Shown here: piece after piece, positions 14,257 to 30,220 of the stretch | Layout: every line of letters begins with the position of its first letter | How positions within the stretch are numbered: position 1 is the stretch's first letter | NCBI GenBank assembly: GCA_000165425.1 | Contig: CT868036.1 | Coordinates: 124,001 to 188,000, forward strand | Source of the DNA: Paramecium tetraurelia | Lineage: Eukaryota | Length of the DNA: 64,000 bases | Direction of reading: 5' to 3' | The notes under the pieces: generated by a model | Told to the model about the DNA's origin: nothing | Seen by the model: the letters and a program-made list of their open reading frames with translations, nothing else | The model's database searches: none | Made by a program: the position numbers and the translations under genes

Positions 14257-14296
14257 TTCATTTATACATATGTATTGTATAATTTATATATCTATA

Positions 14297-15225
14297 TCAT
14301 TTACATTTGATTAATTCTTTGTAGACAATTGCAAAATCTTTCTTTCCAAGATGTTCATTCAGTTTATTATAGATCTAATAAGCATGCTATCCTAATTATG
14401 TATCAGTTCCACTTAACCTGGATGCTTCGATACCAATTCCAAGATCCTTGAGCATCAATTCAACCATGAATCCTCCATCGTAATCTTTATTGCTAGGAAC
14501 ATTAGGCATAACTCCTGGTGCTGGATTATAAGTATCCACAGTCCAGCATCTTGAAGAACTCACAGACATTATGGAACTCAACATGGCTGGATCCATTCCC
14601 ATGTTTTTTCCCAAGGCCAATGCTTCACAAACACTTATCATTTGAATAGCCAAAGCCATGTTGCCGCACATCTTAGCAATTTGTCCTTCTCCAATCTTTC
14701 CACAATTGAAAATATTTTTTCCCATTTCTTTGAGAATTGGAGATATTTTTTCATATAATTCCTTCTCTGCTCCAACCATGAATGTGATGGTTCCCAATTT
14801 AGCCTCACTAACACTGCCAGAGACTGGAGCATCTGCGTAAATGTTTTAAGTATCTTAAGCCATTTTGGCCAATTCATAGGAGGTATAGGGAGAGATTGTA
14901 GATGAATCAATCAATATCTTCTTTGACTTCTTGAAGATTTCTTAGGCCACACTTTTGACAATCTTGTCATTTGGCAACATTGTAATGATTGTATCTGCAT
15001 TTGCAGCGACATCTGCAACCTGATTCACAGGTTTAATATTGGATGATTCAATGTTTGATTGCCATGCAGGACTGACATCGTATGCATATACGACTCGAGT
15101 CTTGGCCAGATTATGTGCCATGCCAATCTATTTGGATCATACATTATAAATGATACTCCCATATTACCCAAACCAATGAATCCAATAGTGTTACTAAATC
15201 CAAATGCTGAAATAAACTTACGCAT
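14297..15225 (-). CDS. HIBADH: 3-hydroxyisobutyrate dehydrogenase, mitochondrial
   Basis: IGFIGLGNMG, IDSSTISP, ADAPVSG, GTITFMVG, GQIAKMCGN, FMVELMLKDL. One intron. Confidence 0.93.
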
Positions 15226-15271
15226 TATTTATTTAATTATTAACCGTAATAAATAAATATTTGAAATACAA

Positions 15272-16029
15272 ATGAACTCCAACTCTGATTAGTAAGATTT
15301 CTTTTATAATTTACTTAGTCATTTCCTATTCAAGGTTTTACTGATCGGAAATTCCGGTGTGGGCAAATCGTGTATGCTTATGCGTTATTCTGTACTATTT
15401 CTCATAATCTCAAGGAAAACTAATTCACAAACAACTTTTACAACACAATAGGAGTTGATTTCAAAACCAAAACTATTGCTTTGGGAGAGCACAATGTTAA
15501 ACTGCAAATTGTATTCAATTATTTCATTATCTTAGTGGGATACTGCAGGTCAAGATCGATTCAGAACAATCACATGCAGTTATTATAGAGGGGCTCAAGG
15601 AATCATAATCGTTTATGACATCACTGATAGAGAGTCCTTTGAAAATGTGAAAACTTGGATGGCAGAAATCGATAAGTAATTCTTTCAAAAAACCCTTAGA
15701 TATGCCTCAGAATCAGTAAATAGATTATTAGTTGGCAACAAAGCAGATATCACTGAGCGAAGAGAAGTATCATATGAAGAAGGACTAGAATTATGTACTG
15801 TTCCCTTAAAATCGTATTAGCGAGATTATATTAAATTCCATTTTATGAAACCAGCGCCAAATCGTCAATCAATATTGAAGCTGCCTTCACGCATATCACA
15901 AAAAACATATTGAATCGAGAACTTCATAATACGAGGGCTGTAGTTAGGAAGACATCGAATTTAAGACTCCAAAATAGATAATAACAATAACAACAAGAGA
16001 AGAAAAAGTAAGAGGATCTTTGCTGTTGA
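15272..16029 (+). CDS. RAB1: Rab1/Ypt1-family small GTPase
   Basis: [46 protein letters not shown]-terminal CC. Five short introns. Confidence 0.9.
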
Positions 16030-16082
16030 CTTTTATTATATTTTCAACCTATAGATGGATATATAAAAAAGTATATATTAAA

Positions 16083-17433
16083 TCAACATCTGGCATATTT
16101 TAATCCAGAATTTCCAATTCCATTCTTCTATTGGTGTACCAATTTCAGATGCAAATTTCTAAGTGATTATTCTGACAAGTTTTGAGTATCTGCACTCATT
16201 CTTCCTTATGCATCCTATTTTGAACCAGATTTGTGATATGATTTTATCTACTACTTGAATGTTGTAGTATTCAGAGATCGCTCATTTATCAAATCACCTA
16301 AACCTCCTCCACTCTTTCTCGCACTAATTGGAGTTCCATTTACATACTGTCTCATTCTGTCTATTGTGGAATCTACATATATTTATAAATTGCATACTGC
16401 TCTGAGCATTACTCTCCAAATTGATCACCACCTTAGGAGTGTCGTATTTACCTAAACCTAATTTACCCATGAAGCTTTGAAGTTCTTCCTTTCTCTTACT
16501 GGTCTTACTATGATCCTTGACATCAACTTAGAAGTTCATATTTTAAGTGACCTTCGAAGTTACTGATTAATCAGATCTATAGTTGAAATGATTGCCCAAA
16601 CTTGGACTTTAGAGTGGCTGCTTTTAGGCTGATGGTTTCTTTTAGAAGAATGAGGTTGTTCTGTTACCTGAACCGTATTCAAAGATCTCCTCTTATGATT
16701 TACTAGGTGTCTTGTACTATTGAATTTGAGTCTCAGCCTTCTTGTTTCTTCTGATATCAAGATTAGAGAACAGATCCTCTTACTACTATTATTAAGGAGC
16801 TGCTTAGTCGACTACCTTTCTTTATTAAACAGTATTGAATAATGTTGTCAAATCATCCAAGGATGAAGCACTTCTGAACTTTTCCAAAATGTTTTAATAA
16901 TTGGAATGTTATTACTCACCAACAATTGGCTTCTAAGGTTAATGAGATTATGGCAATTTTAAACCTGGCTCAATTCTCTGGTCTAATACACCCAAAATCA
17001 TTTGTCTATGTTAGGCAATTTATGCTTTGTGTTCCTATTCACTTACCATAGGATCTGGTACATGGACATCAAATTGAATTTAATTATTGGTTGTTGAAGC
17101 CTTTTTGGATCCCAATATATTCCAATCCCATTCTTTGGGAGATTTGAGAATTTCAGCATCGCTTCTCCAGATGTCAGATTTTTCAGATTTTTCAATGACT
17201 GATGGTTCCATGGCTAATGGTTGTTGATCATCCGACAATTGTTTGAAGGCATTAAATTTACTTTTGTATTATTCAATGAGGTCTTTGGATGATTGACCAA
17301 ATGAGGATTTGGGTTCATGTTTGATTTCATACTTGAGATCTTTACGAGGTTCAGGTTTAAAATCAGGGAGGGTTTCCTCAAATTTAGGTAGTTCAAGAGT
17401 ATTCTCTTGAGAGGTATTATCAATTTCAGACAT
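16083..17433 (-). CDS. Hypothetical coiled-coil protein
   Basis: Long frame MSEIDNTSQENTLELPKFEE...GLKYARC* with an E/K/Q-rich heptad region. One likely intron near 16375-16398. Confidence 0.7.
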
Positions 17434-17512
17434 GCACAGGCAATTTGTTATTTTTTTTATTGTTAATTTTATTCCCTATTTTCTGTTAAAATATAATATA
17501 AAAAGTATTAAA

Positions 17513-18736
17513 TCACGACCCCGTTGTTCTGATTTTGGACTCTAACAAAGCCAGCATCCCCTGCAGTTCTTTACTATTGTATCGAATATAGAGAGATACT
17601 GCAAGCACAAATGCATTTTGTGACTGATACATCCCTTCTTTAAACATCCAGTAAAATTAAGGATTATATTATTTCCAGCAAAAACATAACTTAAAAACAT
17701 ATAATTGGAACAGATCTTGCAAACACTTCTATCATACTTCTCCTACTAATTAGCAAATTAAATAGTTTTTACCTGATCATACAAATTTAGTATAAAATTA
17801 CGTTTGCTAATTTCTAAATCCATCATTTGTTTGAATTTTTCATACAACTTAGATGCAAATTTAAAATATATACTTTTTACCATGTTTATTTTGTGAACCC
17901 AATCTATTCAGCCATCAAGGCTACCTTACACAGCAACCATTCCAAGGGGAAACTCAAGAAAAATAGACAATTTCCACCAAAAATACCGTGTCTTTGCAGC
18001 TCCTGCATGCATATAGTTCACTGAATATAAATTAAGATTCTCTTTATGCCAACAGAAGTTAGCATATTTAATGCCCAAATACAACCAAAACACTGAGATT
18101 CCATTGATTTCATTCTTTTCCTGAAGTACTTAAATAATAGAATTCAAGTTTTTTTTTATACCATTAGGATTGCCTATCTACCCCTCCTAATAGCCTGTGG
18201 TATATTTGGATGCCAAAAGATCTTCTGCATATTCGACCTCAATACTACTTTGGATAATCTAAGATTGACCAGAACTCTATCTCGTTCTATCGAATTTGAT
18301 TAGAAACTTCTCTCACTCCTTGTAATCTATGAGCACAATCAAACTTATTAGCAAGATTCATATACTCCTACACTGTGAAGCCTTTAGTGTTAGATCCAAA
18401 AAAGTCTACTCTAAAACACGAAAATACCTCTCCAGCCCTTTTATTGTTTAGTGTTTAGATACGAGTTTGAATTCTCTTGCCCTAGAGTCTAGACCCTAAC
18501 TGAGAGAAAAATTTCTGGTTTGGAACCACTAGATCTGGTGGTGGAATCAGTTTTACAATTCCGAATGGATCATTGAAAAAGGTTTGATCTATGAGGAGTA
18601 CAGGAACATCTTTAAATTGAAAATCTCTTATGGTGTAGGGGAAACGTTCTAGTAATAATTTTAGATTAGGTTCAGTGAAATCATCACTGTTCTTTGACTT
18701 TCTAGCTTTTTTAGAATGCTTATTGGTATGTATCAT
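17513..18736 (-). pseudogene. Decayed JmjN/JmjC (KDM5/JARID-like) histone demethylase with C5HC2 finger
   Basis: JmjN-like FGIVKLIPP and first half of JmjC (GISVFWLYLGIKYANFCWHKENLNLYSVNYMHAGAAKTRY); the second half is deleted. Frameshift with in-frame TGA near 18240, further frameshifts and apparently mutated splice sites in the zinc-finger region. Confidence 0.8.
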
Positions 18737-18919
18737 AAAAACAGAAGATAATTTAATTTAATAATTTTACCTACACTTATATGTTCTGCTTTAATCCTAA
18801 TTTATTTAAAAAGATACATTTGTTTTAAATTCCCAAATATTATTATATAATAAAATTATACCCGTGTTCAGGTAGAGAATCCAATCAATACTATTAAAAA
18901 ATACATAAATATATATAAT

Positions 18920-21401
<2,482 letters not shown>

Positions 21402-21419
21402 CACAAATAAAAATAATTA

Positions 21420-21587
21420 ATGGACTATCGAGACCTAATCTCAGACAAAAAGGATGAAAAACAACTATTGAAAAAGCTTGTCCTGTATCCACTTCTTACA
21501 GGATTCGTGTATGGCACAGGTCACTTCCTAGCTTACCTAATTCTCAACCAGAAGTACTTCATTCCCTTGAAGAAAGCTGCAAAGTGA
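21420..21587 (+). CDS. 55-aa single-pass membrane microprotein (Mim1/Tom13-like motif)
   Basis: MDYRDLISDKKDEKQLLKKLVLYPLLTGFVYGTGHFLAYLILNQKYFIPLKKAAK*. Coding-like GC content against AT-rich flanks. Confidence 0.7.
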   Translation: MDYRDLISDKKDEKQLLKKLVLYPLLTGFVYGTGHFLAYLILNQKYFIPLKKAAK

Positions 21588-21654
21588 ATTGAATTATAAA
21601 TAATAATATTCATGCACTTTTCCTATTAATCTTGGATTACCCACATACCATAGG

Positions 21655-21989
21655 ATGTTATAGCTTAAGATCTCACAAAATTAGGGACTGCCCCTAAAAC
21701 AGAAAAGAAAAAGCGAGAAATAGAATCCCTTTTAGAATCTCAATAGCCAGGAATTGAAATTAACTAAGCAAATTGAAAATACTCTTGAAGGTGTATGTTA
21801 TTTACTGGTCTCTCAATAAAATAAGACAATTATTTGAAAGAAAACAACTACTAAGTGGATCAACTAGAAAAGTTGTGCCATGTATATATTATAATATAAT
21901 AGGAAGAAACTGATTATAAAGTTGAAGACAATGCTACCAATTATAATACCATTACTTATTGTTACGAAATCAACTATATAGATGGATGA
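21655..21989 (+). CDS. Small hypothetical protein
   Basis: MLQLKISQNQGLPLKQ...YEINYIDG*, requiring introns at 21791-21825 and about 21882-21902. Confidence 0.4.
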
Positions 21990-23307
21990 AATTTGAAATT
22001 AAAATTACTAAATTTATTCCCTTGTTCATCACACTCAGGCATCCATCTTTCCATAATATCTTAGGAATTGAGGACTAATTCTACATATCAGCACTCAATA
22101 TCTTACTCAATTGAGAATCATTAGCATTAATCTTTTTTGAAGAATTCTATTATATAGAATTGCCATTCTAGATTTCCTTCTTTTAGACTCAAAGATCGAT
22201 GATGTTTCCAGACGTTTTATATAAATATTCAGAAATAATGATAAAATATGATTAAACTAAGATTTTGTTTTGATGGAGCTATTTTCCTATAGAAAATAAT
22301 ATTATCCAAAATATGTAATTATAGTGAATCCATTTTGAATATCTGAAATAAAAGAAGTCTAAAAGATCTGAATTTATTCTCAAATACAAAGTTCGTAAAA
22401 CCTTAATGTATTAACTTAAAACTAATTAAATCAATGAAAGATTTTTTCATAGTTTTCTATGTTATATTGATAAGTATATTCTTCATAAATATAATTGTTA
22501 GCATCACTTAAAGAATTTTCTTATATATATTATCTATGCTAACAGATCAATTTTAAAGCGATAGTCTTACAACCTACTTTTCCTTTAATACGATAATGTG
22601 AATATTTGAAATACATTTAAAATACACCTATATTTTAGAGTATTAAATGAAATAATCCTTCAAATAAATTATATTTTTTTAAATTATCTTGTTTTTCTCT
22701 AGATTAACTTAGAATTTACTTTTTTAAGACTTGGTTGAAATGCAAACTTTTTCAATAAAAGTAGTATTTCGCTTAATGAGTTTATATCAAAATGATGAAA
22801 TAGGTATAAATACAAATTTATAAAACATTTTTCGATTATTAGGAATCAGAATTGAACAGATTGAGAATAGTTGATCGCGGCAATCTTGGCTTAAATTATT
22901 TTAACTTTAAAAATCTAATGAATAATAGTATTAAAGTCAGTTTAATTTAGTGATTATTTTAATGCTTCAATCCAGTAGGGAATGTATAATTTCAACAATA
23001 AGATATGTGATTAAATAGCGATTTAAATGGAGATGTGCAACATATGGTTTTCATGATTAAGCTAAATTCGATTAAGAACGAAACTGAGTTAAAAAAATAA
23101 TTAGTTAGGATATTACTTGAATTTGCCTCTAAAAGTTCTGTGGGGTGAGGAATAGTAAAAATACATTATTGATTTATAAATAATTTATAATTTTTACAAA
23201 ATTTATTGAAAATTCTTGAGTTCCTGGTATTTTAAATACAGAATTATAAAAATAAAGTATAAGTCAAGATAATTAATTAAAAGTTGATATAATATAATTA
23301 ATATAAA

Positions 23308-24478
23308 ATGCTACAAAATTTATAAGTAGAAGGCAGGGAAATTAGCCAGGATTATTCGTATGAGTGGGTGATGGGTTATCCTGAGTTGGCGAGCATAGAA
23401 AAAGGGATTCCCATCACTGAGTTTAGTGATTAGATTCAAAGTCGAGATCAAGAAATGGAATTCAGAGTAAAGCATAAATAATAATGCTCTTAGATTTTGA
23501 GACGTCTAACTGAAACACAATATCACAATGATAACCTATATGATTTTCACCCCGATATTCTAAAGTTGAATCGATATAACAACATCATTCCCTGTACCAT
23601 AATCAGTTATCGTAGTTAAACATTCAATAGTGAAGTTGAGATGCGATGAGGAAGAGAACCAAAGGGAATCATATATAAATGCTGATTACATTAATGTAGA
23701 GTAATGAATAAAGATGTTAGCTAATAAATGGAAAAGAGAAAATGATGATAGCCACTTAAGGTCCAGTAACTTAGACGATAGGACATTTTTGGAGAATGAT
23801 TTCATAAGAAAGTGCGTCAATGATAGTGATGCTTTGCAATTTGAAGGAAAATGGGAAGGTAATTGAAGTTTAGAATCTATGAAAGGTTTAATGTGAGTAA
23901 TACTGGCCTAGAAATATTGGAGACAATTTACTTATTGGAAATATTACCATAAATTTCGTTAGTCAAGAAGATTTAGGAAATAACATAATAAAAAGGACTC
24001 TAAAAATGCAGGAGTAAAATGGAGAGGAAAAATAAGTGACTCATTTGCAATGGTGTGGATGGCCAGATCAAGGAGTTCCAAATCACAATGACTTTAATAC
24101 AATAAAGGAATTGCTCACTCAAATTTTGGACAGAGTCTTGAATGATCAGAAGGTCGTATTCCATTGCAGGTACTCTCATATTGTTTAATCTATTACAGTG
24201 CAGGTGTAGGCAGGACAGGAACATTGATATCCTTGGCGAATCTGATGATCATTCTAACGATGTATCAATCCTATGTCGGAAATGACATTGCGAGTACAAT
24301 TATATTAATAAAGCAAGAAATATCTGAGAATCCAGAGGAGTTCCGCATTTCTATTTTTGGAGTGGTCAGAAGATTGAGAGAATAAAGATGGGGAATGGTG
24401 CACACATCAGAACAATACCAATACGTATACAAATTCATAGATGAAGCTATAAAATATATGTTTTCATAACAGTAATGA
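23308..24478 (+). CDS. Classical (tyrosine-specific-type) protein tyrosine phosphatase
   Basis: NRYNNIIP, YINADY, IATQGP, FWRMI, WPDQGVP, HCSAGVGRTG, REQRWGMVHTSEQY. About six short introns. Confidence 0.92.
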
Positions 24479-24501
24479 TATAATAATAATAATCCATATA
24501 A

Positions 24502-25918
24502 TCATTGAACAGGTCTGAACATACTTCCACTAACTTTATGTACTTGCTCATATTTTTTGTCAAGTTCTTGACTTTGGGGAATAGCAAACTATTAGACAAT
24601 GTGAGTAACAGGATTCTCATTGAGATATGTATAGTTGGTGGCAGTAGTGAAATTGGTGTGCTTAAACAAATGGTTCTGTTTTTGGATGTCAGCTATTTGC
24701 ACAGTCGATTGTGACTGATATAAAGGAATCTTCAATTTGCTACTTTGCATCATAATGTCACCATAGGATTATCTTTTGGTCTCGAATGGGAAGGGTCGAT
24801 TGTTGAGATGATTTGTGCTTATGGTGGTCAGTGTGTTGTTAGGCATAAGAGGTTAGAAGTAGATTTCTTAAGGAGTTAATTAAAGATTGGTTATAGTTTT
24901 GAAGCTTTTACTTTTAGCAATCAGTGTCATAATCTAGGAGACTGAAGATGAAACCTTCTGAGCACTTATACCAGTCAGACACTGTAATTGCTATGACCAT
25001 ATGTTTAGTAGTCCTGCCTTTTTTCTTAAATAGGCTACGCAAGAGAGTGCTAAGATCGTTTGATCTGTTCCAAAGTACAAATGATCATCTAATTATTACT
25101 TTGTTTTTGATACCTCTGATGATTTGCAATGCTACGTCTGCGTATTTATTTTCAACCTCTTTCACGTAAAGTAAGATTTGATTTTCTTGGAGATCTCTTA
25201 GTTTTACATGTTGTTAATGTGAACTCTCTTTGTTTTCCTTTTGTTGTTGCTATTATCCCAAACTATCATCGTCATCTATGACTCCAAAGGAAAGGATAGC
25301 TTCTATTCGATCAAGTAAAGTGACTCTTTACAATTTCCATTCCATTGTCTGAATCAAAGACCTCTCTGCAAATTTGTATTCTCTAGTTGAATATTGACTG
25401 ATTTCAGGATGATTTGTCATTGAAGCATATCTTTTCAGTTTACTAATGAAAGGCACTCGTTCATCTAGTTCTTAAGCCTTTGCTGCTAACATCAAAGCAG
25501 TTGCTACGAATAAATAGGTTTAATTTTCATTGATTGAAACCTTGCTCAAATATTCATCTATGTAATTAATTGCTAAAAATGATGTATTTAATGTTAGATT
25601 TAATCTTTCAGAAGCCTGTAATATGAATTCGATGATCTGTTAGCGTTGTTTAATAGGTTCTTTTGGGAAACCTTCAGATAAGATATTCTATAACACTTTG
25701 ATAGGATTGAAAAAGGCACTGAATTTCATTTTTAGAGTTTTGTATACTCTAGTATTTGGCTATCATAAATAAGGAATTGGAATTACATTATTTAAAAATA
25801 TTCCACATTCTTTGCAGATGACTTTATCAGAATAATAGTTTCGATTTTAATGACAACATCCGAATACCTCTTAATATTGATGACTGTAATGATGTTCAAA
25901 TGGTTCCAATTGACTCAT
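24502..25918 (-). CDS. Cyclin-domain protein with N-terminal Cys/His motif
   Basis: RQQIIEFILQASERLNLTLNTSFLAINYIDEYL...FVATALMLAAKAQELD cyclin box; CCH...CKECG near the N-terminus. One intron. Confidence 0.85.
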
Positions 25919-25982
25919 ATATACGTTAAATTTTTAATAAATATTTAATAATAAAATAATATCAAATTAATCGGATTTCTTC

Positions 25983-26824
25983 TCAGGACTAAAGTTTTCC
26001 AATTATTGGCTACAATTTCCAGTATTTCTATTCATTTCAATATATACTCTACTTCGTATTTATACTTCTGATAATCACGCAATCTTATTTGTTTTCTCTG
26101 TAAATATTTTGGATCCTTATAATATGATTCCTCAATTTCTTTATTGCGAGGCCTCTCAAAATTACTGTCGTACAATTCATTTTATCTTTGATTGTATAAC
26201 TTCTACTGTCTCAACACCTCTTGAATGTGCTTACAATTAGATCCACAATATCATACTTTTTGAGTCCACTCTCTTTTCTTCAATTCAATCTAATAATTTT
26301 CATGCAATTTGCCTAGTTTGGATTCAATTACAGCCAAAGTGGCCTCTTTATTGCTCTAATCGATGGTTTCCTCAAATCTCGTTATTCTTTTGTTGTTCTT
26401 GTCAAACTCATTGTATAATTCTTGTAATCTATTTGAGATAGTCTGAATCGGAGTTTCTGCTCTTAAGATCTTACTCGTTAATTTCTCCATCAATTTCTAA
26501 TCATAGGGCTTCTAGATTTGAGCCTTTAAATGACTACTATTTAAGAGGGGGTCTTTTTGTCTCATTTAAACACTTTACTTCTTACCTCCCTTGATAAAAC
26601 GATGAATTCCCAATCCTAAGAGCTCCACTCGTGAACTCTTTCGACTTGTCCATTCTAAGTGTTTTATTGCTCTCTTTCTTGGGAATCGGAGAGGCACTCC
26701 TAGTATCCTCCCGAATTTCAGTTCTGAACCGCATGCCTTCCTCGGAGACAACCACCAAATTGGGTCTGCTCAGCAACTCCTTTAATGTCAATGTGTATGG
26801 AGGTAATATTTATTATTATTACAT
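25983..26824 (-). CDS. Hypothetical protein
   Basis: MQQQQILPPYTLTLKELLSRPNL...KYEKYWKLQPIIGKLQS*, with a terminal intron at about 26028-26052. Confidence 0.7.
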
Positions 26825-26848
26825 TTGAAATAAAAATAATTGTTTATG

Positions 26849-29777
26849 TCATTCATCCTAATATCTAATTAAAGTTGTCCTTCTCTACTTCACTCTCTCC
26901 TTGAAGATTCGCTTATATTTTCGAATCACCTTCTCAGGGTTCTACTCCTAAAAGAAACATTCGTAATTGGCCATGTGATCGATGCTGAATTAGCTGTCCA
27001 CATCACTATTCTCATTCGCATCATCCTCAATCTTGGGAGGCTAATTGTTGCTTTAACTATTTGCGATGTAATTCCTAAAGTAATGATGGAGAATATAATA
27101 ATACCTTAATTCGTCGATTATTAAGGATACCTCCTTGTTTCTGGGCTGAGCTATCTGCAGAAATTTCATTTTCCGCAACAACTCCTATTTCTTCGATTCC
27201 TGACTTGTTTGTCTCTCAGGAGATGGCATCTTCTCCAGTTGTTTATCAGTAATCTCATTCCCTTGGAACAATTTGCTCTTCCTTCTTAGTATTTGAACAG
27301 TATTGGGAGTGACATTACTGTTCTATCCCTTAACAACCTTCTTAATCTATTCTTGAATCGGAGTTAAACTAGACATTGACGAAGTCCTCACTCTCTTCGG
27401 TTATGGCAATTTGACGAAACTCTAAAACTGTTTCTTCTTTTTCACTTTCTTCTATTCCTCCTCTGAATTCTTGAGATTCCCTTAAGATTTCAGCAAACCA
27501 TCTGACAACTCTAAACTCTAATTGTCTCTGTTCTCATCAATCTTCATCTCATAATTATCATCAGCCAACCATTTTCCTTTCTATCTCAATTATGCCTTCT
27601 CCTTCTCCTATTCAAGTATCTTCTTGATGTTCACAATCTCCTCCTCGTAATCGTCTACATCTGAACTGTATTCATCATCCTCATCATTGGAATCCAAATT
27701 GAAAGTTGTGATCTAAAAGTACTTCTTGATAGCCAAAGCATTCACTTAAACATCTCGAATATGAGACAGAGCTTTGAATTGCTATTTCACTATTCTTCGT
27801 CTGAAACTAGATTCTCTGTTATTTTGAATGTTGTAGGTTGATTGAATCACTTGATCCTTTACTGGAAGATAGAGAGTCCGTTTGCAATTGATGGCCAGAT
27901 GACTTCTGCTTTCACAAATATAACATCGCAACTTCAAGTGCTCATAATCGTTATTGAATAGTATGTTGTGTCTTATTTCATAGAATCTTTGTCTATCAGT
28001 TTCGTATTTGTCTAATAATTTAAGGAATGAAATTCTAGAGAGTTTGTAAATCACTGAATAAGTGAGACATCTAGCAGATGCTGTTCTCCTGTATCCAGTG
28101 ATGAATCCAATTATTCCAAAAATACCTTACTTAATGATATGTAATTTGATTCTTTTGTCACTATCCAAAAAGATTTCAACCTATCCTTTATCCAAAAAAT
28201 ATAAAGGGAAGTCATTCGTCTCCTCACTTTCAAGGAATATATTTTCTTCTTAGGAATAATATTGTTACTAAATTTCTTATGCCAATTCCATAAGCAAATC
28301 TTATGAGAAACAGGAGAAGAAATTATTCTGCTTGAGCATTTTACCTAAGGTTTGATATATCAACTCCTCTCGTAGGGCGGGGGCCAATTTAAGGATCATG
28401 GCCTACTCTAATTCATGATCTCGAGCCTTCTCAGTCTGCCACAAATGGAAGAGATAGGCTTCAATGCGCGCCTTCAATTTCCGATCCACGTTGTGTTCAA
28501 CCATGAATCTTTAGATGGCATTCACATACTTTCTAGAATGAAATAATTGGTATATACTGAAATTTGTCCTTGCTCTCATTCTACGAGTAGATCAGTTCCC
28601 ATATAGCATTGACTGAATAGGCAAAGACAATACAAGAGATAAATTATGTCATGACTGTCACCAGAACCTCCCAGAAATTCATTGGAGTAACATCACCATA
28701 TCCTACTGATATCATTGTTGTTACAGCCCAATAAAACGAGTACAGATGTAGTTCTGAGATTGGCATTTCCTCATACCCCCCATTCATAGTAACTATATCA
28801 CAATGATTCAACCATGACACATTCCCTAATTGTTTGTTGAGCTGTCGTCTTCCAACAAAAAAAAATAAACATGCAAATAAATGACATAACCATATGATTG
28901 TTAACATTACAGTGAGTAGTCGATACCTGGCTAGTTTGGAGGGTTCAAGTTGTAAGTATTCTTTTATCATATTACTAGTCTTATTCACCTCATACACTTT
29001 TAAAATAAAGAAAAACTGTTCAAATCCCAATTGTTTCTCCTCATATAATCGACATCTATATTCTACCAAACATAGTAAAGGAATTAAGTCTAAAAAGAAA
29101 TAGCTCTTGAAGTATTTGATGGCAATCTGTTTCCTACCATTGATTAGCTATCCTTGCTTGTAGAAGGCTGTATTGAAGGTTGCTATGATGTCGACGATAA
29201 AAATAGAGATTCCTACGTATAGGGACATTTCCTCGTATTTTTTGTAGTGGAAGGCGTACTTGTCGTCGATAAGTGGTTGGTAGGCGAGCATAAAAGGAAT
29301 TTGGAAGAAGAAGCCAAGTACCAAAATGCTGTTTAGAACCTACCAATATATGTAGAACTGGGAATCGGGTTCAAGGACTTTCACCTTATGAATGTATGAG
29401 GACATGCCTGTAAGGAATCCAGTCTTCTTGGTTTCATAGGCATAATCCTTAAATATCTCCTTTTGTCGTAGGTCTATGATTTAAGCCATTGTAACCTGAT
29501 TTGTGGATTTCTTACTTTTGAAGCATCTCTCGAAAAAGTTGAGCTCCTTGTTATTCTTTTCTAGTGTCCTACGATAGAAGATTGTTTCATTAGCAACAAA
29601 TGGAATCACCTTCACTTTGCTGCTGTCCTCCAAGAGTGATGTAGAACCCCATTCAAAAGCACTATCATTGACGATTTGTTCCATATTCATTTCTGTGGCT
29701 GAACGATCCTCCAAAAATATAGTTTTCGTCTCCTCCTCAAGTATTAGAGGTTATTGAAGGGAATCTTTTGAGCTCAT
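26849..29777 (-). CDS. Cyclic-nucleotide-binding-domain K+ channel (second copy)
   Basis: FNTAFYKQG, pore SFYWAVTTMISVGYGDVTP, CNBD (PLYFLDKGQVEIF), acidic C-terminal tail. Two introns. Confidence 0.9.
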
Positions 29778-29802
29778 TATTAAAATTTTATAAAAATTAA
29801 CA

Positions 29803-30220
29803 ATGGGTCCTACTCAAGGAAAGGAAGTAAATCAAATACAATCTACAATTAGTTGTCTCCCTAAATGCGAGATCGAGTGCTTAAGTTATTCGCAAGATTC
29901 GATGTTGATGGTTCCAAATCAATTGAAAAATCAGAGACAATTAAATATTGGTATGTTTGCCAATTTCAAACCTGAATAGGAAGAGCAATTTTGCCAAATT
30001 GAACACTGAAGAATTATTTAAATCTGTTGACACTGATAACAGTGGAACGATATCTGAGGAAGAATGGCTCAATTTTTGGACATCTGTGCTTAGAAGTGGT
30101 CATACAGAGGAAGATATTGCTGACGAAGTAAGTACGATCGATTGAATAATTTAGTTGGAAAGCATAGAGTCAGGGTCATCATGGGTTAAATTCGAGAATT
30201 TGGATAAAAAAAAAGGGTGA
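29803..30220 (+). CDS. Small two-EF-hand Ca2+-binding protein, possibly N-myristoylated
   Basis: MGPTQGKE start; EF loops DVDGSKSIEKSE and DTDNSGTISEEE. Three introns. Confidence 0.88.
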
